Of a stretch of 35,595 nt of DNA, positions 8,812 to 18,428 are shown piece after piece. The stretch lies in NCBI GenBank assembly GCA_964569445.1, contig CAZMVJ010000001.1, forward strand, positions 11,183 through 46,777, in the 5' to 3' direction. The stretch is from an uncultured Anaerolineaceae bacterium (GTDB lineage: Bacteria > Chloroflexota > Anaerolineae > Anaerolineales > E44-bin32). The notes under the pieces are model-generated. The model did no database searches. It was not told the origin of the DNA and worked only from the letters and a program-made list of their open reading frames with translations. The position numbers and the translations under genes are program-made. Position 1 is the stretch's first letter. Each line of letters begins with the position of its first letter.

Positions 8812-9150
8812 TCTCCTCGCTGAGTGGAGGTCCGAGCCGGAGGCGAGGACCGCAGGCGAAGCGTGCATGCCGCGGGAGCCCCTCGACCCTTCGGCTTCGC
8901 TCAGGGCAGGCTTCGGCCGCAGAGCCATGCCTTCTCACACACGCACGGGGCGGCCTCCGCTCAGGGAGGTATCTACCCCCGAGGAGCCCACTCCCGCGCT
9001 GAGCGGAGGTGCGAGCCGGAGGCGAGGACCGCAGTCGAAACGTGCATGCCGCGGGAGCCCTTCGATCCTTCGGCTTCGCTCAGGGCAGGCTTCGGCCGCA
9101 GACCCATGCCTTCTCACACAGAGGCGCGAGGCGGCCTCCGCTCAGGGAGG
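8812..9150. repeat. Tandem pair of ~160-bp MITE-like units (period ~179 bp), each with terminal inverted repeats
   Basis: 8821-8969 and 9000-9150 are near-identical; units begin ctgag(t/c)ggagg and end cctccgctcag; internal ccttcggcttcgctcagggcagg module. Confidence 0.9.
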
Positions 9151-9160
9151 AGTTTGCAGC

Positions 9161-9487
9161 TCACACCGGCGGCCGAAAGGCCAGGATCGTCGCTGCGCCG
9201 TAGAAGAACGCCACCGCCCCGATTACCGACGCCCCGCCCGCCAGCACCTTGCGCGCCCGGCTGACGGAGTCGAAATCGGTCAGCACGGCGTACGTGCCAG
9301 ATAGCGCGTGGATCAGGACGAAGAAGAGAAAGGCGATATCGAGCGCCTTCCACAGGGGATCGGCCATCCGCTCCAGGATCCGTGCGAAGTCGATGTGGAA
9401 CGGCGGGTAGTGCAAGACCATCATGTGGATCGTCAGAAACACGAGCAGGGCGATGGCGCTGATCCGCTGTAGTTGAAAGAGCCGCAT
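9161..9487 (-). CDS. sdhD: Succinate dehydrogenase/fumarate reductase hydrophobic anchor subunit
   Basis: QRISA..H; HALSG..D; three TM segments; operon context. Confidence 0.82.
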   Translation of the reverse strand: MRLFQLQRISAIALLVFLTIHMMVLHYPPFHIDFARILERMADPLWKALDIAFLFFVLIHALSGTYAVLTDFDSVSRARKVLAGGASVIGAVAFFYGAATILAFRPPV

Positions 9488-9496
9488 CGCCGTTCC

Positions 9497-9844
9497 TTAA
9501 CCTTCCAGAAGGAAAACCAGAATCGGAACGGCGCCCGCCAGGGTCATGAGCGCCGCCATGCCGAAGGCGGCATAGAAGAGGCTGCGCCGATAGTCGGTTA
9601 CCTTGAACCAGTTGACCAGCAGCAGGCGCAGGCCGTCGAAGGCGTGATAGAAGACGGCCGCCAGCAGCGCAACTTCGGCAACCTTGAACAAGGGCGTCTG
9701 GACGGCCGCCAGACGCACATCGAAAACCTGCCGACCCTGCAAGGCCGAGCCGATGACCCACAGGTGGGTGAAGAGATAGAGCACCAGGGCGATGCCCGTC
9801 ACCCGTCTCAAAAGGAAGCTGATGAAGCCGTTGCTGCGGTACAT
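9497..9844 (-). CDS. sdhC: Succinate dehydrogenase cytochrome b556 subunit
   Basis: RRVTGIALVLYLFTH; YHAFDGLRLL; three TM segments. Confidence 0.88.
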   Translation of the reverse strand: MYRSNGFISFLLRRVTGIALVLYLFTHLWVIGSALQGRQVFDVRLAAVQTPLFKVAEVALLAAVFYHAFDGLRLLLVNWFKVTDYRRSLFYAAFGMAALMTLAGAVPILVFLLEG

Positions 9845-9859
9845 CGCGCGTCTCCGAGG

Positions 9860-10627
9860 TTAGAGGGCCTTCGCCCCGTTCCAGGCGGCCTGTCGGGTCC
9901 GGCGCGCGGATTCCAGCGCCGTGCGCTTGGCGGCCAGCCCGCGCAGAGTCTCGATGGCCTGCGTCGGGTTGAGGCCCTTGGGACAGGCATCGATGCAATT
10001 GAAGATGGTATGGCAGCGGTAGACCCCGTCGTCGCCCCCCACCTGGCTCAAGCGTTCCGCCACGGCCGCGTCCCGCGGATCGAGCACGCGCAAGAACGCC
10101 TTCAAGAGCGCGTGCGGTCCGATGTAACGCTTGCCCATCGCCACGACCTGGCAGGCCGAGTAACAGGCTCCGCACATGATGCAGGTTTCGGCGTTGTGAA
10201 GAGCGGCGACTTCCTCCGGCGTGACGCGAAACTCTTTCTCCGGGATTCCGGCCGGCGGGATCAGCCACGGTTTGACCCGCAGGTACTGCTCCCAGAACGC
10301 CGAGCGATCCACCACCAGATCCTTGATGATCGGCAGATAGGGAAGCGGACGAATGGTGACCGTCCGCCCGCCGGCGGACTTCTCCGCCAGGCGCGTCTTG
10401 CAGACCAGGAGGTTGCGTCCGTCGACGTTCATGGCGCACGAACCGCAGATGGCGTGGCGGCACGAGCGGCGGAAAGTCAGGCTGCCGTCCTGCTCGGCCT
10501 TCACGGCGTGCAACCCGTCGAGGACGGTCGTGTCCGCCGTCAAAGGCACGCGGTAGTTCTCGAGGTGCGGTCGGCGATCGACCTCCGGATTGAAGCGCTG
10601 GATGCGCAGGGTGGCGGTTTCAGTCAT
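9860..10627 (-). CDS. sdhB: Succinate dehydrogenase iron-sulfur subunit
   Basis: SCRHAICGSC..C, CIMCGACYSAC, CHTIFNCIDACP; start taken at MTETAT. Confidence 0.95.
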   Translation of the reverse strand: MTETATLRIQRFNPEVDRRPHLENYRVPLTADTTVLDGLHAVKAEQDGSLTFRRSCRHAICGSCAMNVDGRNLLVCKTRLAEKSAGGRTVTIRPLPYLPIIKDLVVDRSAFWEQYLRVKPWLIPPAGIPEKEFRVTPEEVAALHNAETCIMCGACYSACQVVAMGKRYIGPHALLKAFLRVLDPRDAAVAERLSQVGGDDGVYRCHTIFNCIDACPKGLNPTQAIETLRGLAAKRTALESARRTRQAAWNGAKAL

Positions 10628-10667
10628 GGCCCTCTGTTCGAACCAAAAGAGGAGTATGGTCCGCTCC

Positions 10668-10860
10668 ACCCCCTCCCCTAACCCCTCCCCCTGCCAGAGG
10701 CGAGCTCCGCGGTCGATGAAATCCCGCAGGGGGAGGGGAGGGTCTTTTGGGGGGCAGGGGGAGCTCCGCTCCCCCTGCCCCCCGATTCCCCCACCCCCTC
10801 TCCGCCACGATACTTGGCAAAAGGTGAAGTTTCCGGCGGAGAGGGGGAAGGGGGTGAGGT
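10668..10860. repeat. Cluster of C-rich/G-rich palindromic repeats between sdhA and sdhB
   Basis: cccctcccctaacccctcccc...ggggaggggaggg; gggggcagggggagc-tcc-gctccccctgcccccg; cccctctccgcc...ggcggagagggg. Confidence 0.75.
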
Positions 10861-10897
10861 CGAAGCACGCCCCTTTCTTCGTTCCCAGACACTGAGG

Positions 10898-12694
10898 TCA
10901 GTACTTCCTCTCCTGAGGTGGGTAGCGGTCCCAATCGATGCGGACCGGGCGGTGCTCGAGCCGCGGCGGAGCCTCGTCGCCCTGGCGGAAGGCCAACGTG
11001 TGTTTGAGCCAGGACTCATCGTCCCGCTTGGGGAAGTCGGTGCGATAGTGGGCCCCACGGCTTTCGCGGCGGGCCTGTGCCCCGGCGACAATGACCTCGC
11101 TGAAATCGAGCAGGTGGCCGGTTTCGAGGGCATCCAGCAGATCGGTGTTGAAGACACGCGACGGGTCGCGCACCTTCGCCTGGCGAAATCGGCGGCGCAG
11201 CGCTTGGGTGGCCTGTTGCGCGCGCGCCAGGCCCGTTCCGTCGCGAAAGACGCCGCAGTCCTCGGTCATGGTCGCCTTCAGCGCGTCGGCCAGGACGGCC
11301 ACCGACTCCGTCCCGGGAGCTTCGAAAAGAGCCCGCAGCCGCGCCTCGGTTTCGGCCAGGGGATTGCCCGCCACCGGAGCGACCTCTCGGCCGCTGAGGA
11401 TTTCCTCGGCCATGGCGTATCCCGCCCGTCGGCCAAAGAGCGAAGCCTCCAGCAGGCTGTTCGTCCCCAGCCGATTGGCGCCGTGGACGCTGACGCAGGC
11501 GCATTCCCCGGCGGCGTAGAGGCCGACAACGGGTGCCTGTCGTCCATCGGCCAAGACCCGGCCGTCGTTGTCGGTGGGGATCCCGCCCATGCTGTAGTGG
11601 GCGGTCGGTTGGATCGGCACCAAATCGTCGATCGGATCGACGCCGACAAAGTCCATCGCCAGGTCGCGCACCTGCGGCAGTCGTTCCAGAATCTTCTCCC
11701 GGCCCAGGTGGCGCAGATCGAGGTGAAGTCCCTTGCCGTCGGCTCCGATGCCGCGGCCTTCGTTGATCTCCATCTGCTCCGAGCGGCTGACCAGATCGCG
11801 CGGCGCCAGCTCCATCTTGCTGGCGGCGTAGCGGCTCATGAAGCGTTCCCCGCTGCGGTTGACCAGGTGGCCGCCTTCGCCGCGGCAGGCTTCGCTCATC
11901 AGAATGCCGTGTTTGTACAGACCGGTGGGGTGGAACTGGACGAACTCCATATCCATCAACGGCACACCGGCGCGGTAGGCGATGGCGACTCCGTCACCGG
12001 TGTTGGCGTGGGCGTTGGAGGTGATCTTGTAAGCGCGTCCGTATCCACCGGTGCCGAGGAGCACGGTCCGGGCTCGCATCAGGTGAAGCTGGCCGGAGGC
12101 CAGGTCGAGGGCGATCAGGCCGCGGCAGACGCCGTCCTGCAGCACCAGGTCGAGCAGGACCCACTCGCTATAGAAGCGCACGCCGTGGCGCAGCGCCTGC
12201 TCGTGGATCGTATGCAACAGAACGTGGCCGGTCCAGTCGGCGGCGTAGGCGGCGCGCGGCGCCGAATGGCCGCCGAAGCGACGCTGCGCGATGCGCCCGT
12301 CCGGCAGGCGGCTGAAGACACAGCCCATGTGTTCGTAGGCGTAGACGAGTTCGGGCGCTTCCCGCACCAGGATCTCCATCGAGTCCTGATCGCCCAACCA
12401 GTCCGAGCCCTTGATCGTATCGAAGAGATGCAGTTCGAGGCTGTCGACCGCTTCGCCGTTTTCGGGAGCGGCCTCCAGCGGACCTTCGGCGCCGGAGTCG
12501 GCCGCCGGCCGCACGTTGCCCAAGGCGGCGGCAATGCCTCCCTGGGCTGCGCCGCTATGGGAGCGCAGCGGGTGAATCTTAGAGAGCACCCCGATGTCTT
12601 TGACTCCGCGCTGCGACGCCGCCAAGGCCCCCCAGGTCCCCGCCAGCCCGGCGCCAACGACGAGGATGTCGTGCTGGATCACGTCCGATTCCAT
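10898..12694 (-). CDS. sdhA: Succinate dehydrogenase flavoprotein subunit
   Basis: [16 protein letters not shown] (FAD-binding His), [28 protein letters not shown]; GGAGG RBS before MESDV. Confidence 0.96.
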   Translation of the reverse strand: MESDVIQHDILVVGAGLAGTWGALAASQRGVKDIGVLSKIHPLRSHSGAAQGGIAAALGNVRPAADSGAEGPLEAAPENGEAVDSLELHLFDTIKGSDWLGDQDSMEILVREAPELVYAYEHMGCVFSRLPDGRIAQRRFGGHSAPRAAYAADWTGHVLLHTIHEQALRHGVRFYSEWVLLDLVLQDGVCRGLIALDLASGQLHLMRARTVLLGTGGYGRAYKITSNAHANTGDGVAIAYRAGVPLMDMEFVQFHPTGLYKHGILMSEACRGEGGHLVNRSGERFMSRYAASKMELAPRDLVSRSEQMEINEGRGIGADGKGLHLDLRHLGREKILERLPQVRDLAMDFVGVDPIDDLVPIQPTAHYSMGGIPTDNDGRVLADGRQAPVVGLYAAGECACVSVHGANRLGTNSLLEASLFGRRAGYAMAEEILSGREVAPVAGNPLAETEARLRALFEAPGTESVAVLADALKATMTEDCGVFRDGTGLARAQQATQALRRRFRQAKVRDPSRVFNTDLLDALETGHLLDFSEVIVAGAQARRESRGAHYRTDFPKRDDESWLKHTLAFRQGDEAPPRLEHRPVRIDWDRYPPQERKY

Positions 12695-12847
12695 GAGCAC
12701 GCGGAATCCTCCCTCGGAGCGCCCGCCTTGGACGATAACCCGCCGGGGTTCGGCCTCCCCAGTGGCACACGTCACGCGGACCGGTGACGGAAGGCGGCCT
12801 TCGAAGGTCGGCCCGGCTCGCCGGGCGCCGTGGTCCCGAGGCGTTGC

Positions 12848-12876
12848 TTGACGCTCGCCGGAGGCGCATGTAGAAT
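12848..12876 (+). promoter_or_regulatory. Near-consensus sigma70 promoter
   Basis: TTGACG, 17-bp spacer, TAGAAT. Confidence 0.75.
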
Positions 12877-12912
12877 CGCGGCATCTTGCCGCCCGAGGAG
12901 ATGGAAGGGATC

Positions 12913-13110
12913 ATGACCGTGCGCCGCGTTATCGTCTGGGGTGCCTCCGCGCTCTTCGGCCTGGTGAGCGCGGCCGGCGTCATCCTGGCGTTTCAAACGA
13001 CGCTGGACAAGTTCTCGACCGTCAACGCCTTCCTGGTTTTCGCCTCGTTCGCCGCCCTGGCCTTTATCTGGCTCGATTGGATTCTTCACACCCAGTACCT
13101 GCGCAGTTGA
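12913..13110 (+). CDS. Small two-TM membrane protein of unknown function
   Basis: Two hydrophobic segments; purine-rich RBS; strong promoter upstream; alternative ATG at 12901. Confidence 0.75.
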   Translation: MTVRRVIVWGASALFGLVSAAGVILAFQTTLDKFSTVNAFLVFASFAALAFIWLDWILHTQYLRS

Positions 13111-13230
13111 CTGGCCGCGTTCGGAGCCTGGCTGCCGCCCCGCGGGGGATGCCGGCCTGGGGGGTCGGCCGCGGGTCACCGCCTTGCGGATCGGCCGCCC
13201 GCCGCGCCGCCATCCGACGGAGATAGTCGC

Positions 13231-14490
13231 ATGCAGCCGAATGGGGACCCGCGCGTCGTCGTTACCGGCTTCGGCTTGATCACCCCGATCGGCACCGGCG
13301 TCGAGGCGTTCTGGGACAGTTTGAAGAACGGCCGCGGCGGAATTCGGCGCATCACGCAGTTCGATCCCACGCCGCTCAGCTCGCAGATCGCCGGCGAGGT
13401 CCCCGAATTCGATCCGGGCCAGTACCTGAGTCGCAAAGACGCCCGTCGCATGTCGCGCGCCAGCCAGTTCGCCGTGGCGGCCGCCCAGCTGGCGGTCCAG
13501 GACGCCGGTCTGACCATCGACGACTCCAACCGGGAAGAGGTCGGGGTGTTGATCGCCAGCGGCGCCAGCTCACCCCCGGAGACCGAGTCGATGGTGCGCG
13601 ATTACGACCGGGGCGGCTACGGCAAGATCAACCCGTTCCACGTCACCGGCTCACTCCCCAATATGCCTTCCTGCCAGGTGGCGATCCATCTCGGGCTGGT
13701 GGGCTACACCAATGCCATCTGCACCGCCTGCGCCGCCGGCTCCCAGGCCATCGGCGAATCGGCCGAGGTCATCCGCCGCGGCGAAGCCCAGGTGATGCTG
13801 GCCGGCGGAACCGAAGGACCGATCGCTGAAACCTGCGTGGCCGGTTTCTGCTCCTTGCGGGCCGTCTCGACCCGCAACGATGATCCGCTGCGCGCCTCTC
13901 GTCCGTTCGACGCCGGCCGCGACGGGTTCATCCTGAGCGAGGGCACCGGTATCGTCGTCCTGGAGAGCCTGGAGCATGCCCGTTCGCGCGGGGCGCGCAT
14001 TTTCGCCGAGCTGGTCGGGTACGGCTCGAGCTGTGACGCCTACCATGTCACCGCTCCGGAGCCCGAGGGGCGCGGCGCCACGCGCGCCATGCGGCGCGCC
14101 TTGAAGCGGTCCGGCGTTTCCCCGGACGAAATCGACTACATCAACGCCCACGCCACCAGCACCGAAGTCGGCGACGTCGCCGAGACGATCGCCATCAAGA
14201 CCGTCTTCGGCGAGCGGGCTTACTCGATCCCGGTCAGCTCGACCAAGTCGATGACCGGGCACATGACCACCGCCGCCGGCGCCGTCGAAGCCGCCGCCGC
14301 TATTCTGGCCATGCACCACGGCCTGATTCCGCCGACGATCAACTATGAGACCCCCGACCCGGCCTGCGACCTGGACTACGTCCCCAACCAGGCGCGCCCG
14401 GCCGAGCTCAAGACCGTGCTGTCGAACTCGTTCGGGTTCGGCGGCATCAACAGCGTGCTGATCTTCCGGCGGCCGGAGGCGGACGGCTAG
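13231..14490 (+). CDS. fabF: Beta-ketoacyl-ACP synthase II
   Basis: RVVVTG, TACAAG (Cys), SRPFD..RDGF, NAHATST, TKSMTGH, SNSFGFGG. Confidence 0.93.
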   Translation: MQPNGDPRVVVTGFGLITPIGTGVEAFWDSLKNGRGGIRRITQFDPTPLSSQIAGEVPEFDPGQYLSRKDARRMSRASQFAVAAAQLAVQDAGLTIDDSNREEVGVLIASGASSPPETESMVRDYDRGGYGKINPFHVTGSLPNMPSCQVAIHLGLVGYTNAICTACAAGSQAIGESAEVIRRGEAQVMLAGGTEGPIAETCVAGFCSLRAVSTRNDDPLRASRPFDAGRDGFILSEGTGIVVLESLEHARSRGARIFAELVGYGSSCDAYHVTAPEPEGRGATRAMRRALKRSGVSPDEIDYINAHATSTEVGDVAETIAIKTVFGERAYSIPVSSTKSMTGHMTTAAGAVEAAAAILAMHHGLIPPTINYETPDPACDLDYVPNQARPAELKTVLSNSFGFGGINSVLIFRRPEADG

Positions 14491-14603
14491 GGAGACGCTT
14501 TCGATCCAGGGGAATCGCTTTCGGCCGGTGAGAGGCGACCAGGGGCAGGGTCCTGCAGCTCTCGAAGGGACACGGGCGGCCATCCTCCAGCCCGCCCCAC
14601 CGC

Positions 14604-14765
14604 AATGTCATCCCGAGCCCCGCAGGGGAGAGGGATCCCCATGATGTCTCAACGCAGCGGGCCCGCGATCATCGAGCAAGAGCCGCGCCTCGGTGATTCC
14701 TCGCTCGCCTTCAGCTACCTGTTCGTATTGGCTAAGAACCGTCGGGGCTCGCTCGGAATGACATT
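14604..14765. repeat. MITE-like element with 15-bp terminal inverted repeats between convergent genes
   Basis: aatgtcatcccgagc ... gctcggaatgacatt (one mismatch); related halves at 22887-23025 and 23065-23107. Confidence 0.8.
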
Positions 14766-14795
14766 AGAGCGAGGTTCTGTTTGGACATTGAGGCG

Positions 14796-15170
14796 TCAGC
14801 CCGGCGCCGCCAGGATGTGCCGCAGCAGTTCCTTGGCGTCGAGGTCCTTGAGGACGTAGGCGGCGGCGCCGGCGCGCTTGGCGGCCGCCTCTTCCCAGTC
14901 GGTCGGGTAGGTCGTCAGCACGATCACTTTCGGCGCGTCCGGCGGGGCGGTGATCTGCCGCACCAGTTCCAGCCCGAGACCGTCGCTGCGCTTGATCTCG
15001 ATCAAAACGATGTCGATGAGGTCGGTGCGGATCGCCTCGATCGCCTGCGCGGGCTCGGCCGTATCTCCGACGACCGTCACCGACCCGACGCGCGAGAGCC
15101 GCTCGGCCAGGGCGCGCCGCACGGGGCCGTGCTCATCGATGATGTAGAGACGGGGCGTGCTTGTGGCCAT
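14796..15170 (-). CDS. Stand-alone receiver-domain protein (NarL-like REC, atypical phosphoacceptor)
   Basis: IIDEH..VRRAL, DIVLIEI..DGLGLEL, VIVLT, GAAAYVLK; no output domain. Confidence 0.85.
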   Translation of the reverse strand: MATSTPRLYIIDEHGPVRRALAERLSRVGSVTVVGDTAEPAQAIEAIRTDLIDIVLIEIKRSDGLGLELVRQITAPPDAPKVIVLTTYPTDWEEAAAKRAGAAAYVLKDLDAKELLRHILAAPG

Positions 15171-15264
15171 GCGCAACACCAGTCTAGGCGGCCGCCCAGC
15201 GGCCTCCCCAGTGACCTCCATCCCCGGCGGATTGGCTACCTGTCATCGCGGGACGGTTCGACCT

Positions 15265-16989
15265 TTACGCCGGGCGGCTTCCGGCCGGCAGTCGAACGGT
15301 GACGGTCGTCCCGTCCCCCAGGCCGGAGGCGATCTCGACGTTGGCGCCGATGGCGTGGCCCCGCTCGACAATGTTCGACAATCCGTGGCCGAGCAGCGCC
15401 GGCGTGGCGCTGGCGTCGAAGCCCAGCCCATTGTCGATCACCTGCAGGACGACCTCGCCGTCCTCGCTCCGCAGACTGAGCCAGACGCGCGAGGCGCGCG
15501 CATGCTTGGCGATGTTGGCCAGCGCTTCCTGCGAGATGTGGAACATCGCCGAGCGCACGGCCGGGTCCAGCAACCGCCCCAGACCGTCGTCGGCGCGGAG
15601 CTCGGCCTCGATCAACGTGTTGGCTCGGAACTCGTTCGTCAACCGAGCCAGTCCTTCCGCCAGGTCGTCCAGCGGCACGCGGCTCGGCTGCAGGTCGAGG
15701 ATGTAGGCCCGGATGTCACGGATGACGCTGTTCAGCCGCTGGATCGCCTCCCGCATGGAGGACTCGCTTTGCTCCGGCGCGCTTTTCAGCATGATCTTGG
15801 CCGTGTCGAGCGTCAGGCCGACGGCATAGATCGATTGGATAATGCCGTCGTGCAGGTCCATAGCGATGCGTTCCCGCTCTTCCAGCACCGCAATCCGCCG
15901 CGCCTGGCGGTAGAGGCGGGCATTCTCGACCGCCACACCGACCCCCGCCCCGATCGCCTCCAACAACCCGATCTCCTCCACCCGCAGCGGCCGCTCACCG
16001 AGGAAGGCCAGGCTCATCACGCCGACCACCTGCGCCCGCGCCTTCAGTGGGACCGACACCAGCGACCCGAACCCGGCTTCAATGACCGCCTGCCGCAGGA
16101 AGCGGGGCTCGCCGGCCTCGGCCAGATTCGTGGTCCAAATCGCCTTGCCCGTCTCCGCCACGCGGCCGACGAACCCCTCGCCGACGCGGAACTGACTGGC
16201 GGCCCAGAAGGCCTCCTCGGCCATCCCGCGATGAATGACCGGCACGAAGACATTCTCTTCCTCGGCGCGCAAGAAGACTTCTCCCGCCTGCGCGTGGAAC
16301 AGGGCCATGACCCGGTCGAGGATCCCCTGCAGCAGCGGCTCGAGCTCGATGGCCGTGCTCACGGCGGTGCTGAGCGAGTTGACGAGCTCCAGCTCGCGAT
16401 TGCGCGCTGCCAGTTCGCCCTCGCGGTCCTGCACCTGGCGGTAGAGGCGGGCGTTCTCGATGGCGGCGGCGGCGTGCGCCGCCAGCATTTCGATGAGGTT
16501 CTGGTCTTCTTCGGTGAATTCGGTCTCCCCGATGCGCTCGGTAAGGTAGATCTGGCCTACCGGCCGCCCGAAGGCCGAGATCGGCACGCCCAGGAATGAC
16601 CTCATTTCGGGGTGACCCTCGGGGAAACCGGAGGACCGCGGATGGCGCGCCAGATCCGGAAGCCGAATGGAGCGCCCGCTGCGGTAGACCTCGCCGATCA
16701 GCCCGAGGCCGGTGGGCGGGTGCGAGATGCGGGCCGCCTCCGCCTGGCTGAGGCCTTCGGTGAGAAACATCGCCAGGCCCCCCTTCCCGTCCGGCATGCC
16801 CAGCGCGGCGTAACGAGCCTGAGTCAGGTCGCGCGCCGCCTGCACGATGCGGCGGAGGGTCCCATCCAGAGAAAGGTCGTTGTAGAAACTGAGGGTCGCC
16901 CGATGCAGCCGACGCATCCGATCGGGCCCTGCCGAGGAGGAAGACGGGCGTTTCCGCGCGTTGGGCTTGCGGGGTTTCTTCTCGCTCAC
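15265..16989 (-). CDS. GAF-GAF-HisKA_3 sensor histidine kinase, DosS/DevS-like
   Basis: GFPEGHPEMRSFLGVPI, ERERIAMDLHDGIIQ, QEALANIAKHA, DNGLGF, GHGLSNI; GTG start with GAGGAG RBS. Confidence 0.92.
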   Translation of the reverse strand: MSEKKPRKPNARKRPSSSSAGPDRMRRLHRATLSFYNDLSLDGTLRRIVQAARDLTQARYAALGMPDGKGGLAMFLTEGLSQAEAARISHPPTGLGLIGEVYRSGRSIRLPDLARHPRSSGFPEGHPEMRSFLGVPISAFGRPVGQIYLTERIGETEFTEEDQNLIEMLAAHAAAAIENARLYRQVQDREGELAARNRELELVNSLSTAVSTAIELEPLLQGILDRVMALFHAQAGEVFLRAEEENVFVPVIHRGMAEEAFWAASQFRVGEGFVGRVAETGKAIWTTNLAEAGEPRFLRQAVIEAGFGSLVSVPLKARAQVVGVMSLAFLGERPLRVEEIGLLEAIGAGVGVAVENARLYRQARRIAVLEERERIAMDLHDGIIQSIYAVGLTLDTAKIMLKSAPEQSESSMREAIQRLNSVIRDIRAYILDLQPSRVPLDDLAEGLARLTNEFRANTLIEAELRADDGLGRLLDPAVRSAMFHISQEALANIAKHARASRVWLSLRSEDGEVVLQVIDNGLGFDASATPALLGHGLSNIVERGHAIGANVEIASGLGDGTTVTVRLPAGSRPA

Positions 16990-17114
16990 GGTCTCCTCGG
17001 CGCGGATTGTACAACACCCGGCGTCCCTGCCCGGCGATTCCGGCCGGCCAAGCCTGATAGCTTTTGGAGGGCTCAGGGCGCTATATCCGCCGGGTCCGAG
17101 ATCTACGCGACGCG

Positions 17115-18428
17115 ATGACCTCCTCCCGCCTACCCGGCTTCTACGACCTTCCTCGCAGCAAGCGATTGGATGCACTGTCCGCGGCCGCCGGCCTGGACGG
17201 GGAGACGGCTGCGGCTCTCTCCGGGTCGGCCGGTCTCGCGGGCGAGCAAGCCGACCATATGATCGAGAACGTCGTCGGCGTCTACGGCCTGCCCTTGGGG
17301 ATCGCCGTCAATTTCGTCGTCAACGGCCGCGAAGTGTTCGTACCGATGGTGATCGAAGAGCCGTCGGTGGTGGCGGGCGCTTCCTTCATGGCCCGGCTGG
17401 CGCGCGAGGGCGGCGGTTTCCAGGCCGAGACGACCGCCCCGGAGATGATCGCCCAGCTTCAAGTGCTGGAAGTGCGCGATCTGGCGGTCGCCCGGGATGC
17501 ACTGCTGGCCGAGAAAGCGGCGATCCTTGCCGAAGCGGACCAGGTCGACCCGGTGCTGCTGCGGCTGGGCGGCGGCGCCCGCGATCTCGAAGTGCACCTC
17601 TTCCCGGAAACGCCCGTCGGACCGATGCTGATCGTGCACCTGATCTACGACACGCGCGACGCCATGGGCGCCAACGCCGCCAATACGGCCGCCGAACGCC
17701 TGGCCCCGCGGGTCGAGGCCATCACCGGCGGGCGGGTGCATTTGCGGATCTTGTCGAACCTGGCAGACCGGCGCCTGGCGCGGGCGACCTGTCGCATCCC
17801 GGCAGCGGCCTTGGCCTTCGGCGATTTCACCGGTGAACGCGTGCGCGACGGAATCGTCGAGGCCTGGGCCTTTGCCGCCGTCGATCCGTACCGCGCCGCC
17901 ACGCACAACAAGGGGATCATGAATGGGGTGGATGCCGTTGTCATCGCCACAGGCAATGACTGGCGGGCGATCGAGGCCGGGGCGCATGCCTACGCCGCCC
18001 GGTCCGGACGATATACCTCCCTCAGCCAGTGGTCGACGGGCGGCGACGGCGCCCTCGAAGGTCGGCTCGAGATGCCGATGGCGGTCGGCACGGTCGGCGG
18101 CGCCACCCGCGTCCACCCGGCTGCGCGAGCCTGCTTGCGTTTGATGGGCGTGGCGTCGGCTCGGGAACTGGCCGAGGTCGTCGTCTCCGTGGGGCTGGCG
18201 CAGAATCTGGCAGCGTTGCGCGCCCTGGCGACCGAAGGCATCCAGCGCGGGCACATGGGACTCCACGCCCGGCAGGTGGCGATCGCCGCCGGAGCCCAGG
18301 GCGACCAAGTCGAGAGGGTAGCCCGTCAATTGGTGATCGAAGGCACCGTCCGCCTTGACCGCGCCGAAGCCATTCTGCACGAGAGGGAGGCCGGAGGCGT
18401 ACCGCCAAAGCCTCAAGGAGCCAGATGA
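17115..18428 (+). CDS. mvaA: Hydroxymethylglutaryl-CoA reductase, class II
   Basis: [41 protein letters not shown]. Confidence 0.95.
   Translation: MTSSRLPGFYDLPRSKRLDALSAAAGLDGETAAALSGSAGLAGEQADHMIENVVGVYGLPLGIAVNFVVNGREVFVPMVIEEPSVVAGASFMARLAREGGGFQAETTAPEMIAQLQVLEVRDLAVARDALLAEKAAILAEADQVDPVLLRLGGGARDLEVHLFPETPVGPMLIVHLIYDTRDAMGANAANTAAERLAPRVEAITGGRVHLRILSNLADRRLARATCRIPAAALAFGDFTGERVRDGIVEAWAFAAVDPYRAATHNKGIMNGVDAVVIATGNDWRAIEAGAHAYAARSGRYTSLSQWSTGGDGALEGRLEMPMAVGTVGGATRVHPAARACLRLMGVASARELAEVVVSVGLAQNLAALRALATEGIQRGHMGLHARQVAIAAGAQGDQVERVARQLVIEGTVRLDRAEAILHEREAGGVPPKPQGAR

Noticed and set aside
8812-9150. CRISPR array
   Set aside because: Only two long near-identical units, no unique spacers and no cas genes
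8645-9304. ORFs across the repeat block, also 10590-10934 and 22855-23391
   Set aside because: Translations of palindromic repeats (CPERSRR, SLRAG, PSPNPSP), with no RBS or domain support
13231-14490. Type II PKS or other secondary-metabolite cluster
   Set aside because: Single KAS with a Cys-His-His triad; no chain-length factor, ACP or tailoring genes nearby
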